Source: Eledone cirrhosa | Lineage: Eukaryota | NCBI GenBank assembly: GCA_964016885.1 | Contig: OZ024746.1 | Location: 43,896,001 to 43,960,000, forward strand | Length of the DNA: 64,000 bases | Direction of reading: 5' to 3' | Shown here: piece after piece, positions 14,296-27,225 of the stretch | Position numbering within the stretch: the stretch's first letter is position 1 | How the letters are laid out: every line of letters starts with the position of its first letter | Made by a program: the position numbers and the translations under genes | The notes under the pieces: model-generated | Database searches by the model: none | Told to the model about the DNA's origin: nothing | Seen by the model: the letters and a program-made list of their open reading frames with translations, nothing else

Positions 14296-14661
14296 TATAT
14301 ATATATATACATATAACAAAGGAAATGTGGTAAGGAACCAGGTGGACCATAACGCACCAAAGTACTCAATACTTAGGGTAGTAGAGTGGCTAATAGGAAA
14401 TGAGTAGGACCCCGATGGCTGAGCTCAAGCCGTTTTGACGGCTAATTCTGGACCGAATTAGCCGCCGAAACGGCTTGAGCTCAGCCGTCGGGGTCCTACT
14501 TGTTCCTATATATACATATATATATACACACACACATATATATATATACATATATAAACACACACACATATATATATATATAAACACACACACATATATA
14601 TATATATAAACACACACACATATATATATATATAAACACACACACATATATATATATATAA

Positions 14662-14728
<67 letters not shown>

Positions 14729-14999
14729 CACACACATATATATATATATATATACACATATACGCACACACACACACACATATATATATACATATATATA
14801 TACATATATATACACACACATATATATATATATACATATATACACACACACACACATATATATATATACATATATATATACATATATATACACACACATA
14901 TATATATATATACATATATATATATACACACACACACACATATATATATACATATATATATATATACACACACATATATATATACATATATATATATAT

Positions 15000-15036
<37 letters not shown>
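14081..15036. repeat. (TA)n/(CA)n compound microsatellite interrupted by a 195-bp element
   Basis: Seen directly in the sequence. Confidence 0.95.
14314..14509 (-). mobile_element. Short (TA)n-embedded element with HHR stem II/III and fold-back palindrome
   Basis: 46-bp arms at 14403-14448/14455-14500 (3 mismatches, 6-nt loop). The right arm contains GAAA-CGGCTTGAGCTCAGCCG-TC-GGGG. Homologous to 4215-4366. Confidence 0.75.
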
Positions 15037-15038
<2 letters not shown>

Positions 15039-15065
15039 ATTTAAATGGATACAGTTCAGTAAAAG

Positions 15066-15194
15066 GAATTTATTGACACGTGTTTCAATAACAGTTATAT
15101 AACCTGAAAAAAGCTGCTATCTACAAAGTATTAATTATGCAGACACTCAATATGTAAATGTTATTTTCAACTACCATTTCATCAGAATAAACTC
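15066..15194 (-). ncRNA. Type I hammerhead ribozyme with complete catalytic core
   Basis: Minus strand: gagtttatt-CTGATGA-aatggtagtt...aactgttatt-GAAA-CACGTG-TC-aataaattc. Stem I 9 bp, stem II 10 bp with G-U pairs, palindromic stem III, GUC triplet. Confidence 0.8.
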
Positions 15195-15609
15195 ATTGAG
15201 AACTTCTTTGGTTTTTATAGAGAATATTAAGAGGGAGGAGTGAAGTTGTTAGAAGAATAGTTAAGGGAGTGGATAGAAATGTTTGATAGCAGTGGGTAAT
15301 TAGATTCCCATCTGTTATTTTGTTAGTTGAGTTTGACATTTTTATAGAATATTCATTATTTGGCATTGGCTGTATTGGTTATTTTTCTAAATCTATAGAA
15401 GGATTAGAGATAGTAAAGATATGCATGGTTGGTTTTGTGTTTGCACTTAATTCACATACAGACTTAAATTTTTCTTTCAAGTGTACGCCCACACATAAAT
15501 ATATGCGTATATACTTATTTTTTTTACATATATGTACACCTCTACAAACACATACACTCACATACACATACTTACATGCTCATACTTACATACATATATA
15601 CCTGTACAC

Positions 15610-15665
<56 letters not shown>

Positions 15666-15669
<4 letters not shown>

Positions 15670-16123
15670 TGGCTGCCAACTCGTTTTCGAGTACAGCCAC
15701 GACTTTATATCCATGTAGGAGAACCCCTACCGATGCGCTGAACGAGTGTGACTTTTTAGTCCAGCCAGCGACTTGAAAACTCTGGTACAAACACTACACC
15801 TGTGACAATTATTGACACATAGTGCTGGGCCCATGGTGCCATGTAACGACAAGTGCAGAGAGATCTCCAGATATAAAGCAATGCCTGTGCCGTGAAGCTT
15901 TTATAGTGAGCAAAGGCACTGCACAAAGCCAGTCCCACTCTCTTAACCAAGATGATATTTACCAAAAAGAAGAACAAGTCAACATCATTGGATACCATCA
16001 GGGTTGCAGGTATTATATCAGAGTTTTCCTTCTCCTAGAATTCTGCCTTGACAAAGGCTAAGGGGTCATCTCTCCCGGTGATTTTGGATGGCCATTGACT
16101 CTTAATAGCTCCTTTGCCCTTTG
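15666..16123 (-). mobile_element. Bipartite RTE-derived non-autonomous element, 5'-truncated (left arm of palindrome)
   Basis: 458-bp reverse complement of 16260-16717 with about ten substitutions. Confidence 0.85.
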
Positions 16124-16717
16124 GTGCTACTGGTAACATGTATCCCAGTATAACCTGTCTCATGGTCGAGTTGTTGGCGACTAAACTGGCAACCCCACCA
16201 AGGTTTCTCGGTGAGGAGGGTGACTTTGGACATCCTGCAGGACTAAAAACAAAACCTGTCAAAGGGCAAAGGAGCTCTTAAGAGTCAATGGCCATCCAAA
16301 ATCACTGGGAGAGATGACCCCTTAGCCTTTGTCAAGGCAGAATTCTAGGAGAAGGAAAACTCTGATATAACACCTGCAACCCTGATGGTATCCAATGATG
16401 TTGACTTGTTCTTCATTTTGGTAAATATCATCTTGGTTAAGAGAGTGGGACTGGCTTTGTGCAGTGCCTTTGCTCACTATAAAAGCTTCACGGCACAGGC
16501 ATTGCTTTATATCTGGAGATCTCTCTGCACTTGTCATCACATGGTACCATGGGCCCAGCACTATGTGTCAATAATTGTCACAAGTGTAGTGTTTGTACCA
16601 GAGTTTTCAAGTCGCTGGCTGGACTAAAAAGTCACACTCGTTCAGCGCATCGGTAGGGGTTCTCCTACATGGATATAAAGTAGTGGCCGTACTCGAAAAC
16701 GAGTTGGCAGCCACCAT
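16121..16717 (+). mobile_element. Bipartite RTE-derived non-autonomous element (5'UTR-like part plus ORF2 C-terminal C2H2 finger and 3' tail)
   Basis: RTE 5'-type motifs (taaactggcaacccc, ctaggagaaggaaaactctga) are fused to [25 protein letters not shown] (stop 16654-16656), a short 3'UTR hairpin ctcg-aaaa-cgag and (AT)n. Confidence 0.75.
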
Positions 16718-16760
16718 ATATATATGTATGTATGTATGTGTATATATGTATATATATATG

Positions 16761-16825
<65 letters not shown>

Positions 16826-17110
16826 ATGTATATATATGTATGTATGTGTATATGTATATATGTATGTATGTGTATGTATATATATATATGTATGTATGTG
16901 TATATATATATATGTATGTAAGTATGTGTATGTGTATATATGTATGTATGTATGTGTATGTATATATATGTATGTATGTATGTGTATATGTATATATATG
17001 TATGTGTATGTATGTACGTATGTATGTATGTATGTGTATGTGTGTGTGTGTGTGTGTATGTGTGTGTATGTATGTATGTATATATGTATGTGTATATATG
17101 TGTATATATG
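16718..17110. repeat. (TA)n/(TG)n/(TATG)n microsatellite, opposite polarity to neighbouring arrays
   Basis: Seen directly in the sequence. Confidence 0.95.
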
Positions 17111-17190
17111 TCAGGTCACCAGTTGGTGCTACTGGTAACATGTATCCCAGTACAACCTGTCTTATGGTCGGGTCGTTGGCGACTAAACTA
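17111..17190 (+). mobile_element. Second copy of the 5' end of the bipartite element
   Basis: ttggtgctactggtaacatgtatcccagt...gttggcgactaaact matches 16121-16187. Confidence 0.8.
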
Positions 17191-18525
17191 TCCTCGGGCC
17201 CCGTTCCCTGGATCTGACTCGAACACCTTTTCTTCCTCCCTGTGATCTCGTTGATGATCATCCAGCTCTCCTTACATCCAGATCTGTCAACCACTCTCTC
17301 CACACTTCTGATCTTCTCTATCAGTGCCTCCTCTCTGACCTCAGTGTAAGCGGTACAGAGCTCTTCCCTCATCACCTCCACAGTCTCCATCCTCTCCTCC
17401 GTAGGATCAGCATAGAATTGGTCCCTGGCAGCTTTCAGGTGTTCTCTGGCTGCACACACTTTTGGGTTTGCAGAGCTGACGTGCTTCCCTTTGTTCTTTT
17501 TCCTCGGCACCAGGGTTTAACTTGCTTTCGCCACTGCATTGGTGAAGTGCCCGTACCTCCTCGTCACACTCTCCTCAGTCCATCCAATCTCTCTCTCCTC
17601 TGACTCTCCACACAGAGCACTAAACCTGTTTCTCACTTCCACTGTGAACCTCTCCTGTAGCTTATCTTCCTTGAAAGCTCCCCAGTCATAGATTGTTCTC
17701 CGGGGCTGAGCCTTGCTCTTTCTTAAGCTCATGCAGACCTGACTCATAACAAGCCAGTGGTCACTACCCAGTGTACTGAAATAGCTGTATGGTTCCGTGT
17801 TCAGAACACTATTCCGCCACTTTTTCCTCACCAGAATGAAATCAATCTGGGACTTGGACAGGTGCATATCTGAGATGTAGGTCCACATCTTCCCCAGATT
17901 CTTCCTAAACCCTAGGTTGGTCGCCATCAAGTTCGCCTCCAGCAGGGTGTCTCTCAGTAGTCTTCCATTTCGGTTGGTGTTGTTATGGAAGTACCAGCAA
18001 GGATCTTCGCTGCCCTCCTTACTCAGATGTGCATTGAAGTCCCCCAAAACAAGCAGGATATTGTGTGCCTGAGTGGTGTTGACAGCTCTACACACCTCCT
18101 CATGGAACTCCTCGGCATTCACATCACTGTCCCCCTCGGTTGGACTATAGGCTGAGATGACTGTCAGTCTTGGGTTTCCATTGAAGGTCACCCTCAACAC
18201 TCGCGGGGAGATAGGCATTATTTCCCTCACCAACAGATTGGTTCCTGCACTGAACACAAAACCCACTCCTCCTACTGCAGCATTTGTTGTGTTCTTCACT
18301 GCCGATGCAGTGATGAGCTGGCTCCTCTTCCCGATCATCACACTCCTCACGGGCTCATCGTGTAGAATCCTGTGTTCTTGGATCACAAGTATCTGTATAC
18401 CACTCTCGGGCCAAGGCAGACCTGGGAGTCATGACAACTAAGGGGTAACTCCACATTCCCCACATCTCCTGAACTCCCGAACTGGAGCCTTGCCACTGGA
18501 TGTAGTTTAATGTCATACCCAGGAC
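17191..18525 (-). mobile_element. RTE-like LINE 5' part: 5'UTR fragment plus APE endonuclease pseudogene
   Basis: ORF 17517-18386: IQEHR, GVGF, ISAYSPT, LGDFNA, QIDFIL, SDH. It continues by frameshift to ~17191. Confidence 0.85.
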
Positions 18526-18983
18526 ATATATGTATATATATATATACATACTCTTGTTCATGTGTTATATATATATATATATATATAAATACACATATAC
18601 ATGAATACACATAGATTTAATTATACACATCAAACATATATCTATATATACACTCACCCACTTATTTACTTATTTATATACATTTTCACATATATACATT
18701 CACATGGTCGCTTTTAGACACATTCATTATAGCATATTCTCACCTATTCTCGCCAGCATATTTATCCATTATTAGTGTGATTATTTAAGGTTATTAATAG
18801 TACATATATATGTTGAGAAGAGATTGTCTTTATATTTTTCTAACTAGATTGAGGATTTGTATAGTTGGGAGGATGTCCCTCGTTTATGTAATATTCAGCT
18901 TGTAGTGGGAAAAAAGGGTATATATACATATACACACACACACATATATATACGCACACACATATATATATATACATATATAT

Positions 18984-19025
<42 letters not shown>

Positions 19026-19080
19026 TGGTTATATATATACTATTGGTCGTTAGCATGCTCAACCAGCCGTGACACTTAAA

Positions 19081-19215
19081 CCAATCAGCTGTAGTAATTC
19101 AGTGAAACTACACACTGATTGGTCGAAATACAGTTTACAGGGCTTTGCATTCTGGAGCCACTTTTCTCTGTATAAAATGTATAAAAGGTAGGAAATTTAC
19201 CCATCTCATTACAGT
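19081..19215 (+). promoter_or_regulatory. Putative Pol II promoter in the pLTR (CCAAT/ATTGG, TATAAAA x2, Inr-like TCATT)
   Basis: CCAAT at 19081, ATTGG at ~19118, TATAAAA at 19171 and 19180, and TCATT at 19206, ~26 nt after the second TATA. Confidence 0.4.
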
Positions 19216-19249
19216 TGAAAATTGCAAACTCGACTGTCACCACATATCA

Positions 19250-19288
19250 TGAACCTAAAGATTGCGAAAGCATGAAAGTACTTGTTCA
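19250..19288 (+). ncRNA. Minimal hammerhead ribozyme in the 5' pLTR with G5A core substitution
   Basis: tgaac-CTAAAGA-ttgc gaaa gcat-GAAA-GTAC-TT-gttca. Confidence 0.7.
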
Positions 19289-19492
19289 ATTAACACTTAG
19301 AATTTAATATTCTATCATACTATTTCATTATAATACCATTATATATATTTTAAAGGATTGTAAATAAAACGAGTAAATCAGACAAAGTTGGAATTCCTCT
19401 TATTAATATAATCTTCTATACACAATCATACACACCCGTGTATATTTACCTATCTATATCTATATATATATTCCTATTGTGTATATGCCAAC

Positions 19493-20842
19493 ATGTCTGG
19501 AAAGCAACAAATGAAACCAACAGAATCAGAAAGAATTCTAAAGGAGATATCATCGAAATTATCCACACTTATCACGATGATGGACACACAATCCTCTATT
19601 TTAAAGGAAATAGAAAAACAATCTACAGACGGAAAACTTATAACTGAACATATAAACTCTGAAATTAAGAATTTAGCTGAAATTATACCAACAGTTATCA
19701 AAGATACAAGAGAAAGCCTACCACAACCTCCTTGGATGTCAGAAATAAACGAAAGAAATTGGGAAAACAAAACACATCGAATAAGAAAAGAAATGTGGAA
19801 GACATGGAAAAAATTCCTTAACATAAGAAAACAAAATTTCTGGAAAGCATACAGATGCGAAAAATATGTCGAAACACATTCGAAATGGCTCTCTCTAACG
19901 GCACCCATACTCCCTCGTAAATACCTAATTACAGAAATTGCAGGAGAACCAGAAGAAGAAACAAAACTCCGATGGGAACTTACATTGACACAATTCAGGA
20001 CCGACATCTCCATTTCTGAATGTAAACAATCCCGCTACAAAGCCAAATATGAAGCTATTGATGACCAAATTGAAGTTGAAATTTCAAAGCTAACGACTGG
20101 TATTATAGCTGAAAAACTACGAGAACTATGGATCGGAGATATCTCAAAAGAAGAAAACAAATCAAGAAAGGTATGGCAGCAGAAACAATTATTTCTCGAT
20201 GAATATGCTGCAAATTACGGTAAAGACTCTGGAACCCTGAGAAAAAGAATTAAAAGTGGACAATCTCATCAACACAACATACGCCAGAACACGTGCCAAC
20301 ACAAACACTCACCTTACCTTGAATCAAAGAAGAACTACGGTAATAACTCTTCGCTTTTTCTACAAAAACACCCTATCGCACACAACATGAACAAAAAGCA
20401 CAAACACGATAGGTATTCCTTTGACCAGACCATGAGAAGTAGTAAAACCAGGAGATCATTCTCAAGATCTCAACAGAGACTACCAACAAGGAATGTGGAA
20501 ACAAAACGTAGAATAACCAGATCACTCTCAAGATCTCAACAGAGATTGCCCACAAGAAACTGGACGAAAAAACGATCTAAACCTGAAAGCAAACCTAGGT
20601 CATTTTCCCAGATTGTTAAAAATAATGCTAACAGGAAGAAAAATAATATACAGAATACCAAAAATAGGACAAAATACATAACGAAACCAAATATAATATC
20701 ACGACCAAAAGTTCATCAAGCGAACACCAACAGGAATATAAATCCTGAACAGAGAAAAATTCATTTTTTAACGTCAGGACAACAAAAACCGGAAAAAGAA
20801 AAACTCCAGGAGGAAACATACCCAAAACAGCTGTACACCTAG
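19493..20842 (+). CDS. PLE ORF1, 449 aa, helical N-terminus and basic low-complexity C-terminus
   Basis: Uninterrupted ORF starting 23 nt after the pLTR, with gccaacATG context; duplicated RS.SRSQQRLPTRN motif. Confidence 0.8.
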   Translation: MSGKQQMKPTESERILKEISSKLSTLITMMDTQSSILKEIEKQSTDGKLITEHINSEIKNLAEIIPTVIKDTRESLPQPPWMSEINERNWENKTHRIRKEMWKTWKKFLNIRKQNFWKAYRCEKYVETHSKWLSLTAPILPRKYLITEIAGEPEEETKLRWELTLTQFRTDISISECKQSRYKAKYEAIDDQIEVEISKLTTGIIAEKLRELWIGDISKEENKSRKVWQQKQLFLDEYAANYGKDSGTLRKRIKSGQSHQHNIRQNTCQHKHSPYLESKKNYGNNSSLFLQKHPIAHNMNKKHKHDRYSFDQTMRSSKTRRSFSRSQQRLPTRNVETKRRITRSLSRSQQRLPTRNWTKKRSKPESKPRSFSQIVKNNANRKKNNIQNTKNRTKYITKPNIISRPKVHQANTNRNINPEQRKIHFLTSGQQKPEKEKLQEETYPKQLYT

Positions 20843-23197
20843 ATCCTAAAATAATTAATTTATCTAAAAGAGATCTTGACAATGATGAAATGCAAATTCT
20901 GTCAAAAGGACTGAAATTCACACCGACTCCAACAGTCAACCACCAAGAACTGAAGGAGGATACCCAAGAATTCTGTCGAAAATTACGTCTTGTAGAATTC
21001 TTCGTTGATAAAAATAATTGTTTCTACTTTAGGCACAAGGCCAGCAATTATCCAGTGCATTACTGGTACTTTATTTTATCGACCCCGTAAGGATGAAAGG
21101 CAAAGTCAACCTCGGCGGGATTTGAACTCAGATCGTAAAAATAATGAGAGTGATGAATCACTAGTAAAGAATAAATCAAATTTCACTCCGCCAAAAGGAA
21201 GAAATATTTATCTCGACCAATACATTGACATCCTGTCTAAATTTCCTCTTAGACATAATACTAATGTTAGGCCAAACATTAACAAATCAGAAATGTCTGC
21301 ACTTAAACGTATACAAAATGATAAAACAATAATAATTAAACAAGCAGATAAAGGGGGTGCAGTTGTTATAATGGATACTGAATACTACAAGGATTTGATT
21401 GAGGAACAACTGAAAGACACAACATTCTATCATGAAATACCGTCAAATATAGACCACAACATCATGAAGAAGATCAACAACCTGGCTTCAAAATACCACA
21501 ACTCATTTACTGATAAGGAAAGAGACTACATCACCAATTTTGAGCCGAAATCCAGCAACCTGTATGGCCTACCGAAAGTTCACAAGTCAAAAGAAATACA
21601 ACTGGCAGTAAGAGAACAAAACAGTGAGTACATTAAATTATTACACCCAAAAGACTTAAAACTTACACCTATTATAGCTGGTCCAACATGCCCCACTCAC
21701 CGTCTAAGCAATTTTGTTGACATTATTTTGAAACCACTATGTATTCACATACCCAGTTTCATCCGGGATGATATCGACTTCCTGTCCCATCTTCCCAAAA
21801 CCACGGAAACTAATTCACTTCTACTCAGTTTTGATGTGGTAAGCCTTTACACCAACATTACACATGATTTAGGAATAAAGGCGGTTAAATACTGGGTGGA
21901 AAAACAGAGAAGTGATTCCCATTAGATTCACAGCGCCATTTATATTAGACGCAGTTAAACTTATTCTGGAAAACAACACTTTCTTCTTCAATGGAAAGAA
22001 TTACATCCAAATTAGAGGCACAGCGATGGGAACATTTGCTCCCGTTTACGCGAACTCTGTAATGGGATACTTAGAACAACAACTCTACCAAGAAATAGAG
22101 GAAAAATATAGTACTGACTTTAGAAAGTACATTGAAAAATCTTGGAAGAGATACCTTGACGACTGTTTCATCATCTGGACAGAATCTCTAGATACTCTGG
22201 ATGAGTTCAATATCCTCCTGAATAACCTATACCCATCTCTCCAATTCACAAAAGAGATGAGTAGGACCAAATTACCATTCCTAGGTATAATGATAATCAA
22301 AAACGACACCACCATTACCACGGATATATATTATAAACACACAGACACCCATCAATATCTGAATTTTAAGTCGTGCCATCCACCTCATACAAAACGCAAC
22401 ATCCCATACTGCCTAGCCAGAAGAATTTGTACCATTGTAGAAGATACGAATACCAGGTACAAACACCTAACAGAACTAAGAGTATTTTTCTCAAACAAAA
22501 ATACCCATCTCTACTTATAGAAAATGGCATACAGCGGGCTATAAAAATACCTATACAACAACTTAGAACAACCCAAGGAAGAAGAAACCAAGAACTGGTC
22601 ATACCATTTATAATGACACACAACCCATGTCACCAGAATATATTCAACACTGCCAAAGCAAACCTACCGATCATTGCTCAAAGTAATGAATTAAAAGGCT
22701 TAATCACAGATCGATCTTTGACTCTTAGTAAAAGACAGCCAAAAAATTTGAAGCAATTGCTAACAAAAGCAAAGTTTGACCTTCACAACAAAGACCAATC
22801 ATTCACTGTATCTAAATGCAACGATAATCGATGCGGCACATGTCAATCCATACACGCCGGTCAATATATGAAAACAAAAACTGGAAAAATATTCCCAAAT
22901 GCAAATATGAACTGCAAAAGCAGAAATCTAATTTACTGCATTAAATGCCCGAATTGTGAAGAACTATATGTCGGTCAAACTGGAAATGCACTATCGGAAC
23001 GTGCACGGGTACACCGTCAACAAATCAGAGACCCAAATGTCCGTCAGATACCCTTAAGCGGCCACCTGGCAACATGTGGTCAGGGAATATTTATAATATT
23101 CCCATTCTACAAATTACACAGCCCAAGTGAAATCAAGAGAAAAATCAAAGAAAAGAATTTTATTGATAAATTCAAACCCAAACTAGATGAACAATAA
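20764..23197 (+). pseudogene. PLE reverse transcriptase + GIY-YIG endonuclease ORF, disrupted by a SINE insertion and two frameshifts (~21910, ~22490)
   Basis: Track ORFs 20890-21090, 21005-21925, 21912-22520 and 22373-23197 join into one RT-EN protein that includes NLIYCIKCPNCEELYVGQT. Confidence 0.92.
21019..21135 (-). mobile_element. SINE family B (5'-truncated) inserted in the PLE RT
   Basis: TSD taaaaataat at 21009-21018/21136-21145; removing 127 nt restores EFFVDKNN-ESDESLVKNK. Confidence 0.92.
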
Positions 23198-23369
23198 TAA
23201 CGCCTAGGGGTATTACTTCTACTACCACTATGACCACGACCACTAACGACAACAACAACAACAACAATAATAATAATAATAATAATAAAAGTGATGTTGA
23301 TGGTGATGATTAATAGAAAATGCTATTTTCATCATTTCAAAAGGCAAAACAATTGATACGTTGGGTATG

Positions 23370-23803
23370 ACTATTGGTCGTTAGCATGCTCAACCAGCCG
23401 TGACGCTTAAACCTATCAGCTGTAGTAATTCAGTGAAACAACACACTGATTGGTCGAAATACAGTTTACAGGGCTTTGCATTCTGGAGCCACTTTTCTCT
23501 GTATAAAATGTATAAAAGGTAGTAAATTTACCCATCACATTACAGTTGAAAATTGCAAACTCGACTGTCACCACATATCATGAACCTGAAGATTGCGAAA
23601 GCATGAAAGTACTTGTTCAATTAACACTTAGAATTTAATATTCTATCATACTATTTCATTATAATACCGTATTATATATATTTTAAAGGATTGTAAATAA
23701 AACGAGTAAATCAGACAAAGTTGGAATTCCTCTTATTAATATAATCTTCTATACACAATCATACACACCCGTGTATATTTACCTATCTATATCTATATAT
23801 ATA
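23370..23803 (+). repeat. 3' pseudo-LTR
   Basis: Direct repeat of 19039-19470; its end merges into (TA)n. Confidence 0.92.
23581..23619 (+). ncRNA. Minimal type I hammerhead ribozyme in the 3' pLTR, intact core
   Basis: tgaac-CTGAAGA-t tgc gaaa gca t-GAAA-GTAC-TT-gttca; palindromic AAGTACTT stem III. Confidence 0.8.
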
Positions 23804-24010
23804 TATACATATACACACATATACACACACATATATATATATATATATAAATATATATATATACACACACATATATATATATACATATATATATATACAC
23901 ACACACACATATATATATACACACACACATATATATATATAAATATATATATACACACACATATATGTACATATATATATACACACACATATGCATATAT
24001 ATATATATAT

Positions 24011-24055
<45 letters not shown>

Positions 24056-24320
24056 TATATATATACATATATATATACACACATATATATACATATATAT
24101 ATACACACACACACATATATATACATATATATATACACACACACACACACACATATGCATATATATATATATATATACACACACACATATATATACATAT
24201 ATATATATACACACACACACACATATATATACATATATACACACACACATGTATATATATATATACATATATACACATATATATATACACACATATATAT
24301 ATATACATATATATACACAC

Positions 24321-24409
<89 letters not shown>

Positions 24410-24438
24410 TATATATATATACACACACATATATATAT

Positions 24439-24479
<41 letters not shown>

Positions 24480-24542
24480 TATATATATATACACACACAT
24501 ATATATATACACACACATATATATACACACACACATATATAT

Positions 24543-24583
<41 letters not shown>

Positions 24584-24622
24584 TATACACACACATATAT
24601 ATACACATATATATATATATAT

Positions 24623-24669
<47 letters not shown>

Positions 24670-24758
24670 TATATATATATATATACATATACACACACAC
24701 ATATATATATATATATACATATACACACACACATATATATATATATATACATATATAT
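23804..24758. repeat. (TA)n/(CA)n microsatellite
   Basis: Seen directly in the sequence. Confidence 0.95.
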
Positions 24759-25040
24759 ATGGTGGCTGCCAACTCGTTTTCGAGTACGGCCACTACTTTA
24801 TATCCATGTAGGAGAACCCCTACCGATGCGCTGAACGAGTGTGACTTCTTAGTCCAGCCAGCAACTTGTAAACTCTGGTACAAACACTACACTTGTGCCA
24901 ATTATTGACACATAGTGCTGGGCCCATGGTACCATGTGATGACAAGTGCAAAGAGATCTCCAGATATAAAGCAATGCCTGTGCCATGAAGCTTTTATAGT
25001 GAGCAAAGGCACTGCACAAAGCCAGTCCCACTCTCTTAAC
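24759..25040 (-). mobile_element. Third, 5'-truncated copy of the bipartite RTE-derived element
   Basis: Near-identical to 15666-15947. Confidence 0.88.
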
Positions 25041-27215
<2,175 letters not shown>

Positions 27216-27225
27216 TAGATGAAAT

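Larger units (their letters stand above)
19039..19470 (+). repeat. 5' pseudo-LTR
   Basis: Direct repeat of 23370-23803 with about 7-8 differences. Confidence 0.92.
19039..23803 (+). mobile_element. Penelope-like retroelement (Neptune/Naiad-type, C-terminal GIY-YIG) with direct pLTRs
   Basis: ~430-bp direct repeats at both ends, ORF1, PLE RT motifs (INLS..LSKGLKF.PTP, ADKG, GTAMG, RYLDD), a CxxxxCxxC finger and GIY-YIG; flanked by TA microsatellites. Confidence 0.93.

Noticed and set aside
22800-23370. Selenocysteine-encoding PLE, as known for some Naiad elements
   Set aside because: The zinc-finger and GIY-YIG cysteines are TGC/TGT, no in-frame TGA was seen, and no SECIS was recognised.
19039-23803. 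LTR retrotransposon
   Set aside because: No TG..CA ends, PBS, protease, RNase H or integrase; the RT and GIY-YIG are PLE type.
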